From assembly GCA_037379345.1 (NCBI GenBank), contig CM074520.1:16409488-16473487 (forward strand): 64,000 nt of DNA. The letters are read 5' to 3'. The stretch is from Perna viridis. Its lineage: Eukaryota. The notes beneath the pieces were generated by a model. The model was not told the origin of the DNA and searched no databases. It saw only the letters and a list, made by a program, of their open reading frames with translations. The position numbers and the translations under genes were made by a program. Positions 41,001 to 52,450 of the stretch are shown here, one piece after another; position 1 is the first letter of the stretch, and every line of letters starts with the position of its first letter.

Positions 41001-41732
41001 GTATCTGTGGTTACCAACATTACTTTGGGAATGCCAGGGAGCAGACTTGTGAAAATTTTTGGGGGTCTATATAATGGGGTAACATTTTGAAATGAAAAAT
41101 GACCATGTTATTGTAGTAGCAATAAAGCCTGAATGGCCCTGAAAGTATTTAAGATTCATTTAAAGTAGTTAAATAAAACATGATATATGGAACTTGTGAA
41201 TTTACTGAACAACTCAAGGTTTTATTTGGCCCTTAACTCTCTGTTGTGTATTTGAAAGTCATTTGATCTGCTTCACAACTATAATCAATATGCAAAACTG
41301 GTGAAAAATACAATAACTTTATCTGCGCTAAATTTCATTTGTCAATTTTGTCAATGTTCACAGGAAGTAGAATTCCAGAGCCCTGATTTTATTGTTAATA
41401 AACTTGTATGCCTAAATATCTAAAGGTCCTGATTTTCTTCTACTTCATATCTTAATTATACTGTTATGAAAATTTTTTCGCTTCATTTACTTTTTAAATC
41501 ACACTTCTTCACTATGTTTACCTTGTAAAATTCCTCACTGTAAAACGGTACACATGAAAAAAAAATTGGAGCATCAAGTAGTTTTCTCATAGTCTTCCAT
41601 ACATAACTTATAAGGTGTATGTTACAACCATGTTAATTTGAAAGTCCACGAACAAGCAATCTGAAGTACTAGTATGTAGCTATTTAATGCATATTATAAG
41701 CATTTGAGTTTTTTTGACAATTATTTTTATAG

Positions 41733-42077
41733 GAAGAAATAAGTCGTACTTTATCAGCTAATCGTGTGACAGAACCAGTACCTAATGGTTGCGTAAAACG
41801 TCACCACAGTTTGACCAATGAGTCTGACCTCTTCAACGCCCACAGCTACTGGCAACATATTGGGTCTAGCAAATTCAGTGGCAAAAGACGCAGCTTTTCA
41901 TCTATTTATGATAAACCAGAAAGAAATTGTACTTTGGGTCCTAAACAGTGCAGCCCCAAAAGACACAGTGATCCTTCAAGGTCCAACACTAATGGACATT
42001 ACCAGTGTATTTTGGTCAAACCGGGGAAGAAATCTGGTGATGTTCTGGTCCCCTGTTCTACTGAATCAGTCAAAGAG
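41733..42077 (+). CDS. Coding exon, 115 codons, phase 0/0 (EEISRTLSANRV...STESVKE)
   Basis: TTATTTTTATAG acceptor, GAG|GTAGGG donor, fully open frame, raised GC content. Confidence 0.85.
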
Positions 42078-43173
42078 GTAGGGTTGCTATAATATTGGTA
42101 TCAAAACTGTATTATAAAATAAACCAAAGAGTAATTTACTGAAGAAATTGAACAATGGGGTGTTTAGGTAATGTGTTTATATACAAGTCACCTATGTATG
42201 CATGTTCTTTAATACATTATTATATATGGCTTCTATTAACAGCAATAAAAATTATACCCTGAAAAAAAAAAACAACTAATTTATAGTCACATTTAATGCC
42301 ATTATTGCTTGGTATGCAGGCCATTTTTCATGAAAATCAATATTTTTTATTACCCCCCCCCCCCACCCCCAAAGGTGATTAGGATTTTTTTGTGTGTCTT
42401 TGTTTTTCTTTCCTCTTTTGTCTATCCAGGACTTTATGAGCAACTCTAGGTTTTCCTTGAAAAGCAGAGGATGTTTTTCCTATCTGGTCTTTGTCCCTGA
42501 ATTCCATTCTTATGATTTCCACTAGAATCTTGGTTCCCTTGATTACTCACTTACATTTTTTCAATTATTCTTTTATAATGTTCATAGCCAGAAAAAAATT
42601 ATGAAGGAGATTTTTTTTTTTATTTTATTTTACTGATATAGTAATGCAGATTATATGTGTAAAGAGGCACCCTCAGAAAGATGAAAAAGCCAAGTAATTA
42701 TCTTTGAATGGCCTAACCAAAGGCTGTCAGCAATTTGAAAGTGAAGATTTAAAGTTATTGACATGTTATGATGGTCTATAGCTTACAATGACTCGACAGA
42801 ATGTCAAAACATATCAAATTAGGTACTGGAGAAATGTGACATGTGTGAGGGTTTAATACTATCTATTCTTAGTAGGATACTATTGATGTACTCAAATATT
42901 TCCTTGATCAAAGGTTGACATTTTTGTGAACAGATGTTTTGAAAAGGCCCTGGAATGTTCTGTGTATATCAATATAAGCAAGAATTATGCTGACCACAGG
43001 ACAGTGGTTATGTAGTGGATTTATCAATAAAAAAGGGGGGCTAAAATTGGGAATTTGATATAGATTAACTCACATTTCTTATTTTGCTTTGAACCTTGTG
43101 TTTTTTAATTCATGTAACTTCACTTTAATTTTTTTTTCTAAACTAAACCAATCTTGTCACACTCTTTCTCTAG

Positions 43174-43284
43174 ATTACAAATGCTAAAGTAAGGATAACT
43201 GAGAATCTCTTACGGAAAGACAGTGTTCGAATCCCACCAAATTACAGAAATGGCATAAATTTATACACTTACATTTTCCTTTAA
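43174..43284 (+). CDS. Candidate exon: 15-nt microexon (43174-43188, ITNAK) or 36-codon terminal exon
   Basis: CTCTTTCTCTAG acceptor; phase-0 frame ITNAKVRITENLLRKDSVRIPPNYRNGINLYTYIFL*; internal AAA|GTAAGG donor. Confidence 0.4.
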   Translation: MTNAKVRITENLLRKDSVRIPPNYRNGINLYTYIFL

Positions 43285-43721
43285 GCTAATTTTAAGTTTT
43301 TTTAAATTTTTATTCACAGACCTAGCATCTGTGTTTTTGGTTTAACAAGAATGTCAAACTGTAAATTCCTCAAATTCTCCTGTTTTCCTCAAATTGAGAA
43401 TTTCTGATTTGTCAGAATTTGAGATGAGGAAAAGTTTTAAGAAAATCACCCTATATCTGGGTTCATAATCTTACTATACCATCAAAACTTTAAGAAAAGA
43501 ATTCTTCAATGTAAAAAAGCTGCCCATGGTTAATGTTCTAATGTAAATCCTAACTTTAATACATATTGTATCTTTCTTCTAATACATTATTATTCAGAAT
43601 GGCTACATATTTATGTAGCTAAAAACTTACATGGCCGGGTTAATGGTTAAAAAAGCTAAGTTAATGTTAAATGAAATGCATTAGCTTGCAACTTACAACT
43701 AGCTACTGTTTCATACAAGTA

Positions 43722-43777
43722 TTTACTTTGTCTATAAACTGTTTAAATTTTTACTTTGTCTATAAACTGTTTAAATT
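43722..43777. repeat. Perfect 28-bp tandem duplication
   Basis: TTTACTTTGTCTATAAACTGTTTAAATT occurs twice. Confidence 0.9.
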
Positions 43778-45729
43778 TTAAGAGATTCAGTTTGATGAAT
43801 TTCTAGCATCCCTACTAACTAAGATAAACAAAAAATGTACTGTTTAACTTCATCATATTTTATCAATGAACTTTTACTGTAGCTAGGTCATTTTATCAGC
43901 TGTTTTTGCTTTGTCACTTCACTCCAAAATAAGCTTAAAATCAGTGGAACAAAGTCAAACATTGGATCAAAAGAAGAAGTTGATAAAGAAGTCATCTATA
44001 AAAAGCCTGCTAAAGCGTAGAATTTTCCCATCTTTATCATTTAAGGCGACTTTAAGTCAATCCATTTGTATATTTGTTAAAGTGTTGATGAAAGATATCT
44101 CTATATTTTGGTATAAATGGCATTTATCATAACTGATTTACTCTCTAATGTGCATTATATCCGCTCTTTTATGTTTCCGGCCTTGAGGTAACTCTCGATT
44201 TCAATTACCGTGTATATATTTGTACAAAGCGGTGTAGTGAACATCCCCCTTAATGTTTGTTTATACATTTCTATTCAAATAAGGTAATGATATGAGTCTA
44301 TTATAGGTACTATGAAGTCATGGTTCATTTCAAGTATTTTTATCATAATCTTTCTACCTTGAATGTTAATGATTATGAGTGTTTGATTAAAATTCACAAT
44401 TGAACCGGCTGGAGTTGCCCTCTTAGTCTTCATTTAATGGAAACTGAATTAATGTATCAATCAATGAATAACCGTTTGGGGGGTTATTTTGGTTGGTGTA
44501 AAATTTTGTGATTTTTAGGCAAAGATGTATACAAAAAATTTTGTGTTTCTTCATTTGGGAGATGCTAAGTGGCGCTTATAAGTAGTTATATCCAAAGTGA
44601 ATATTTTGTGCAACTTATTTTAGCATGTTTAAATAATCCAAAATTAGTAAATCACAAAAATTTTCTGCTGTACTGTAATGTCAATTTAGACATTTGTTGT
44701 TTTGCCTGGTCTTGTGAAAGTTTGTGTTGACCTGTTTACCTTGACCAAATAGCCAGTGAGATGTAAATAGCTCTACTTAAAGGATAAATTGACCAAGAAA
44801 TGTGGTCTTATGTTAAACAGGGTTTAGTAAAGTGTTCCAAGGAAAAAAATATTCCATGAGGCTGTAGAATAAGTTACATATTTTTTCTGTATGCTTTTAA
44901 AATATAAAAAAAAATCAATCTAAATGACTTTTTTATCATATGAAATTGCAATATATTTGTCGTGAATCTGAACTGAAAAAAAAAATAGATTTGATTAAGC
45001 TTAGAATAAGTAATTCATTTGACCTTGCATGGTTGTCAGTACTTCTTATAATGGCCACAATAACCAGTCAAAGCAACTTAAATAAGGCCAAGCAAAGTAA
45101 TAGTCTTGTTTTCTACAACAACAAATAAACAATAGTTATTTATTTTATTTCTCAAAAACATTTTACTTTGAGTTAATGGGAAAACATTCTAGAATTTAAC
45201 AGTGCTTAAGCCAAGATGGCCATGAAATAGGGTAGATAAAGTAGTGTATAGCAGGTATATTTTTTTTTTGGCCTTAGTCATCCTTATAAACCCTTCATTG
45301 TATAAGCTTATTAATTTTATAACCTTAGGGTAATGGTATTTCAAGAGGAATTTTAATTTAAAGAGGATTTTACACCTATCTGGATGAGAAGTTTAGTCAG
45401 GTCAATTAAACAGCTTAACTTTTTAACCTTAGGTTTGAAAATGACAATAGAAAAATCGTGTTCAGAATGGAAAATGTAAGAATATAAGGAAGAGACTCAG
45501 AAAACACTGAGGTTTCAGGGAAATGCCATTTGTTGATACTGAAACAAGTGGAGTACCAATATAATTATCATGTGAGAGGAGTACACATACACTGACCAGT
45601 ACTTAAGACTTTTCTTTGAATATATTAAGGAGCAATAATTGACAGTACAAGACTTTTTTCAACTGAGTTTTAGAAAATATTATAACCAGCAGCCATATTG
45701 TTTTTGTTTGATTGAATATATTTTAACTA

Positions 45730-46051
45730 CAGTGTTACCTGTCTAAATCAGGCCTCTTTTTTACTTCAAAATTGGTACAGGTTTGACTGTTAAATTTACC
45801 GAAGGTCAAAATACATTTGAATAGATATTATGTGATTTTAAAAAGTGTCTGGTTTAGACAGAGTTAATTTTAGACAGGTTTTCAGATTATTCAGGGTTCA
45901 GTTTAGACAGGTTTTCAGATTATTCAGGGTTCATTTTAGACATGTTTTCAGATTATTCAGGGTTCATTTCAGACAGGTTTTCAGATTATTCAGGGTTAAT
46001 TTCAGACAGGTTTTCAGATTATTCAGGGTTCAGTTTAGACATGTTTCACTG
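45730..46051. mobile_element. Tc1/mariner-type MITE carrying an internal minisatellite
   Basis: TA|CAGTGTTACCTGTCTAAA ... TTTAGACATGTTTCACTG|TA. Confidence 0.8.
45863..46048. repeat. 33-bp tandem repeat, about 5.5 copies
   Basis: AGACA recurs at 45872, 45905, 45938, 45971, 46004 and 46037; unit approximately TTTAGACAGGTTTTCAGATTATTCAGGGTTCAN. Confidence 0.95.
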
Positions 46052-47179
46052 TATGAACAGTTACTTCAACACAACAAACTGGCTGGTATCACAAAGCACA
46101 AACCTGTGAACTGGACTCATTGAGTTACTGATAGTGTGTGACCTAAGATACTGAAATATGATTGCCAATGAGACAGTCTGAGCAACAAACAGTTAAACTT
46201 TATAGGTTACCACACAGTTCTTCAATGATGGGCAAAACCCATACCATAAAGCTGCAAAAGGCCTAAAAATAAATGAAGTGAACCTTATGTTCTTGATAAA
46301 TAACAAACAACACTATAAACCAACTTATTTTCATGAACAATTAAAATAAACATTATAGAATACATTTGTGAGAAAGTGTTAGAAGCGAAATGTAATAGAT
46401 GCTAAATTGAATTGACATCCTAAATCACATAAATAACATCCAAAATAAACTTGTTTATAGTAGAACTGTGTGTTTTAAACATTTCTAATGCTCTATACAT
46501 GTACTTCTTGCACTTGGGAAATTATTTTCTAAATTTGAATTTTGCATTTATTGCAAAAAAATATTCTGTAAGAAATCTTGTTTTCTGTTAAGAACTTTCT
46601 AACAACAAATACTCATAAATGTTTATTTATATCTTAATACAGGCATAACCATAATATATGGTTAGTAAATTGAAGCAGTTTTTTGGTTGTTTTCTCCAGA
46701 TTTAAAGGATGTGATATATTTGTAAGACATTAACACTGTTTTCCTGTTGAACATCTCTCAAGTGAAAATATGGTTATTCCAGTAAATGTCAGTTTTTATA
46801 TTTTTTGCAGATTTAAAATTTCATCATTTAGGCTTTATTGTTGTGTTTACTAGCAACGAGTTATATGACGCTTGGTCAAATGACATTGACAAATATCAAA
46901 ACATACAACTTTTGGCATTATGAATTAGTACAAATGACATTTGATACAAACCATTTCAAATGGTAGCAGTATGGTATTCATGAATATTGTAGTTGTGGAG
47001 TAAGTGTCAAATTTAAATTTTTTATGAGTTTCATACTTTTGGAATATGATTGTAATTGAAAGGATTGTCTGTTGAGGTAGGCGTTAATGTACTAACAATT
47101 AGAAAAAAGTAGAATGTTTGAATTTTTTGCATCTTTTGTTAAAAAATGTTGTATGATGGTCAGTATTTCGCCAATTTTT

Positions 47180-48255
47180 TATTAGCTCTTCTGGCAAAAG
47201 GACAAGTGAGTTCATGCCATCTCTTGGTGTCCCTTGTCATCGTAGTGGACAAATTTTTGAAAATTTTCTCCTCTGAAACTGCTAGACCGACAGGATGTAA
47301 ACTTGGCATGATTGTTCCTTAGAGTATTTTGCACAAAATGTGTGATGGGATTTATGATCTGTGAAAAGACATGGCCGCTGTTACTAAAAATATGGGTCTG
47401 AAGGCATTTTTTTTTGCGAATAACTCAAAAACTGTTGCCTGAAGCAAAATTCTGGCAGAGGACAATATTGTTCAGCATCAAGAGGCGGACCTATGCTGAA
47501 ATTTAATTTCAAAACAATTTGTCGTCTGATGTAGGAGTTAGGGCCCCAGAAACAGCTTCTTTTGGCATTTGTCCAATGTACAACTTAGAAAACCTTCTTC
47601 TCAAAAATCATTTTACAGAATTCAATTAACGTTGGCATATTTGTTCCTTAGGGTATCCTACAAACAAAACAACCATTTGGATTTTCGATCCATGAGAAAA
47701 CATGGCCGGCATTATTAGAAATAGAAAAATAGGGGTCAGAAGTCAGTATTTGCAAATCACTCCAAAAACCATTGCCTTTAGAAATATTTGTGTTAAGCAT
47801 CATTTGAATAACCAATGCTGAAATTTTCAAAATGATTTATTTACTGATGTAGGAGTTACCACTTCTGAAACAATCCTTAAAAATTTGTTTTTTTTCCATG
47901 TATACAACTTTGAAAATCTTCTTCCCTAAAACCATTTAAGATCATTTAATGACAATAAGCATATTGGTTCCTTAATGTATTATGCCCAAAATGATTTGTG
48001 AATTTTAATTTGTGAATAGATATGGCTGCCTATAATAAAAACAGAACATAGGGGTCAGAGGCAGTTTTTTTAAAAATAATTCAATAACTGTTGCTTTTAG
48101 CATAATTCTGGTTCAGTCTTAAAAATGCTATTAAAAGCATTTCCTCCATTTGACAAGTCAGTTAATATGAGCTTAGCCTGCCTCTTTCCTCAAGTTTTTC
48201 AAATATGCAAATGCTTAAGCAGGTGAGCGATTCAGGCTCTCTTAAGCCTCTAGTT
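47180..48255 (+). mobile_element. Helentron-associated non-autonomous element (HINE-like) with internal ~325-bp tandem units
   Basis: Starts after a T-run with TTAGCTCTTCTGG..CAAGTGAG; ends CAGGTGAGCG + hairpin AGGCT(CTCTTA)AGCCT + CTAGTT; unit starts near 47261, 47589 and 47913. Confidence 0.8.
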
Positions 48256-48948
48256 GTCTACCTAAGCATGTAGGGTATTAACCATGTTTCAATTTTCTAG
48301 TGGTTGGAATCCCTCTTTTGTCAATTTTTTCATGCATTTGTGGAGAAAAAAAAGATAACCAATAATAGCTTTGACCTCCCTGTCTTTATGTCATAATTTT
48401 AGTATCTGCATGTTTCAGCTAAAAAAAGAATATCAGTAGAAAAGCCTGTTTTGCTAGAACAAGAGTTAATTTAATTGGAAAAATTTTGAGTAAGGGGACA
48501 GTTGTATTTGATTCCAATATTTTTTTATAATGATTTTACCGTTATTTAATGTACATATGTACAAAGTAGACACCTTTGAAAGAAAAATAGCTAGGGAGGC
48601 TTTGTTGAGAACTTGAATTTGTGATACAAGTAAGCTGATACATGTTGTTTGTATACCCTAAGATGTTCAATATACCACTATTCCTGGATGCAAACTCATT
48701 TTATGTGATTCAGTTTCACTGCTATTTATTTTCTTGATTTAATTTTGTCATACTTCTATGCCATACTGAAGGGGCTTGTTGGCAGTGATTTATTTTTGTG
48801 ATTTTTTTGTTGCTCGTGGAATAGGCAAAAAATATATCGTCTGCAAAAATATGTTAGTTAACAGTGTAAATGCCCTCAAAAGTCAAAGGATTCCCCCCCC
48901 CACCCCCAGTGTGCACCTTTGGTATTAATACCTCATCTCAGGATTCTA

Positions 48949-49158
48949 CAGTTAAACCTGTCTAATATTGAACCCTAGATAAACATTTTTGGGTATAGAC
49001 AGGTTTTTACCTATCTGCAACCATACACTTTTTAAAGTCCCTTCACATGTTCATGTCAGCTTAAATGTATATATTTGAATCTGGGTAATCAAAAAACCTG
49101 TCTATATCAAACAAAATTTACAGTCGCTAAGCGGTTTTGGTTTAGACAGGTTTCACAG
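48949..49158. mobile_element. Tc1/mariner-type MITE related to 45730-46051, without the array
   Basis: TA|CAGTTAAACCTGTCTAA ... TTAGACAGGTTTCACAG|TA. Confidence 0.75.
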
Positions 49159-52100
49159 TAACGTATAGTGAAGATTTTTATGCTATGATCATTCTTGTTA
49201 TTTGTGAAATTAAGTATTTGCCACATTATTGTTAAGTGCTTTATGAAATATATTTGTGTACATCACTCTAAATAACGATAAAATTCTACAAATGAACTCT
49301 TTTAAATTTATACCATAATCTTGCCTAAAATAACATTACCTTTTAAATATTTATGAAATATTATGTTCATGGCATTTTTATGGACTTAAAATGTAAATAT
49401 AGTGAACAGTCTGGTATTCTGAGGGTCTAAAAAATTTGGAACTATCGTATAACATGTGTAGTATTACGCCCAGTTTTAATTGTGTAACTGAACAAAGTAA
49501 ATAATCTTTGAAGTTTATTTGGGGAACATCTCTAATTTCATGTTATTCAAGAGTTCTTTATACAATGGAGATATCTATCTCTGTAGTGTCTTTATTCCAC
49601 TATGGTGTTATTTAATTCTAAATTTTGTTTAAACTTCTTCTCTCTTGTACTAATATGTCAGCCTTTGGAGAGTGTGTAAGTTATGTTTTGTTGTTATTCA
49701 AGAATCGAGTTAATTACAGTAATACCTGCCTCACAATCCCTGAAAAATCATGAAAATTAAATCAAACTTTTTTACAAAATCGACAAGTTTGTAATAATTT
49801 ATGACCTAACAGAATTCTTGAGAGAACATTTTTTTGGTTAACACTAACTGTCTTTTAAATGCACTTCATTTGGCATAAATGACTAATACATAGGTACATG
49901 TATAGTAAACAGATAAAGGACCTATTTTTTATGGTGTAATTATCTTATTAGTGGTTAATTGATTGGTAGTTGAATCAATTACACTACTATTTTAGACACG
50001 AGAAATGTTCCCTATAATAGGTATTAACTTAGTTCTATGGGATAGTAACATATTGATATAATATCATACATTTCTCATTGGTGTTGTTTACTGTAAACAG
50101 GAAGGTATGATTTAATATGATATAATTGACTTAAATCATTTCATAACTGACTTCATTTTAATTTCAGAATGCTTGGGTTATAAGTACAATTTACTGGTGT
50201 TTATTCGGTTGGTGATTGAAAATATGTCAAAGACTGTGCACTCAAATTTATCAGTGCTGGATTTGGCTTCCTATTTCAATATTTTGCAGTATGAATTATT
50301 TTCTGATCTTGAACTTTCTTTGTACTTGGTTATAATGCTATTGATGGCTGGTTGCTCCTTGAAATACGATATTTATGTAATTGGTACTCTTGTATTTACA
50401 TGAGAGAGTACACAGTAACATTTACAATGGAAGACTTTTTGGATGGATGAACTAGTTGCCAGTATACTGTATTTTGTTGTCTATCTTTATACACTTCTAT
50501 TCACCTCATCATATTTTATGTTTTAACTACCAGCATCACACTGAATTATAATGACCCAACAATACAGATGGACATTATTTTAATTATATTAATGTCAAAC
50601 TTCACATGTAATTAGGCAATGCAATGTTAATTTCTTGGTTATCAGTTCATTGTTTTCATGGAAACCAATGAGAGGACCACATTTCTGATCATTTTTATTA
50701 CCCAAGAAAAAAGTGATGACATGGTATTTTTTAAAATGTTATGATGAGGGAGGTAGTTCATTGTTTTTTATTTTTAAATCATAAATATGACAGACAAAAT
50801 CAGTGATGCTGCATTGCCAAAAGGGAGGATCTTAGAACCAGGAAATCAGTTTAGTTAGCCTTATAGATGTGTATGTGCATTTCTTTTCCTTTATCCATAG
50901 TATCAGCTAATTTAAGGTGACATTCAAAAGCTATAGTTATTTAGTACCTAAATCGGAATTTTAAACTGGCATAAAAAAATTCCAGAGAAATTTGGTGCAA
51001 CATTAAATTGATGGATTAAATTTCATCCTAAACTTTTTTTGAATTGTTAAGAGACAAATTTAAATGTATAAAATGGTTTCACTGAAGCTTGACTGACTTT
51101 ATTAGGGACAAGTGTAAAGAGTAGATGATTCACACAAAAGGTGAAGAATTCCGATACATTGATGATGAGCATGGATAATAGTTTGGATTTATTTTGACGG
51201 GTCTCACCTTCTAATTTGTTGGGCTATTGCGTACTAAAATAGTTAGAAATATTACTAGGTCAAATATTATTTTTTTCGAAGGAATAATAAACATTTCTGA
51301 CACAACCAAGATCAAGAAGGATTCCTAACACACCTGGGGTGAAGATACATATGGCCTAGGCCTTAGTATACCTGGTCTTTCTCAAACTCACCTGGATTTT
51401 TATTTTGGCACATGTTATAATTGGATGATAATCATATTTGTTTTCTAACTGTAGTGTTTATCTAACCTGACTGTAAATTAGTTTACATTCGTCAAACAAT
51501 TGAATAGTGACCATCAAATTTAATTTCAGTGATTCCAGGATGTTTATTGCCAACTTCCAGTTGGCACCAATGTTGAATTTTCTGATTATGGAAGTCTTTG
51601 ACATACACTGTGAATTGGTTCTCTATGAGGAAGGCCATTTGGATGTTTCTGTAAAAAATAGCTCAGCTTGTATGTTGTTGATGGACATTGAAACACTAGG
51701 TTGTAGCTAAACTTTGGAGTAATGTACATTGTGTCTGTCTTATAAAAGATTACTTGGTCATTAACAGCTTAATATTAGTATTTTTAGACTAAGTAGTTAT
51801 AAAACAAGAAATTGGTAGCTTAGATTTATGATTTTAAACCATCATAATGTGTGCTAGAAAGAGGCTCTGTGTTGCAGGAACATGAAATCATTGGTTTTGA
51901 TCCTCCAAGAAAATCAATTTTTCTAGGAAATTCCATGGATTTATTCTACCTGGTTTCTAGGATAAATTTTATTAAGAAAGTAATTAAGAGCAGGTGATAG
52001 GTGGCTGATATTATTTTACACAGAATATTACCTTAGTGGTGTAATTTATCACAGTTTGCTCAAGTAATGTATACCTTACCTTAAGTGGATAAAAATGCAG

Positions 52101-52378
52101 TCATAAACTCTGGACGCAATGTGGTCATGCATATTTTATTCATCATTAGTAGATTAAATAGTGGTACTATAAAATTCAAATTTCTCTTGATTCATAAATA
52201 CGGGATCTGCATATAGATGCTGCGGTTTATTTTTGATGTATACTATTTTCAAATTTGTTTGGTGACATCTGAAAACTATCCTAAAGTGTATTCTATAAAG
52301 GGAGCTGTTTTATTTAAAGTGTGTTTAAAATTTTTCATAAAACTGCAGTGAATTTTAAACAGGGATTCGTGAACTAAT

Positions 52379-52450
52379 ATGGCAGTGTCGTACAGTGATG
52401 TTTTAAGGCGATACAAAGACACATCGTTGCTTATTTTTCATGAGTATCAG
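52379..52450 (+). CDS. Probable alternative first coding exon (MAVSYSDVLRRYKDTSLLIFHEYQ)
   Basis: AATATGG start context, in-frame TGA 9 nt upstream, 24 open codons, CAG|GTAAAT donor in phase 0 (compatible with 61233), local CpG retention, TATAAA at 52294-52299. Confidence 0.6.

Noticed and set aside
40867-41052. 61-aa ORF over the start exon
   Set aside because: It runs through the polypyrimidine tract and the donor; the supported frame is the one starting at 40941.
41818-42081. Overlapping 87-aa alternative-frame ORF
   Set aside because: Not compatible with the phase-0 splice sites, and short enough to occur by chance inside a coding exon.
45845-46123. 92-aa ORF with FRQVFRLFRV repeats, or a CRISPR-like array
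   Set aside because: The ORF is a by-product of a 33-bp (multiple of 3) tandem repeat in a MITE; there are no unique spacers, no cas genes, and the context is eukaryotic.
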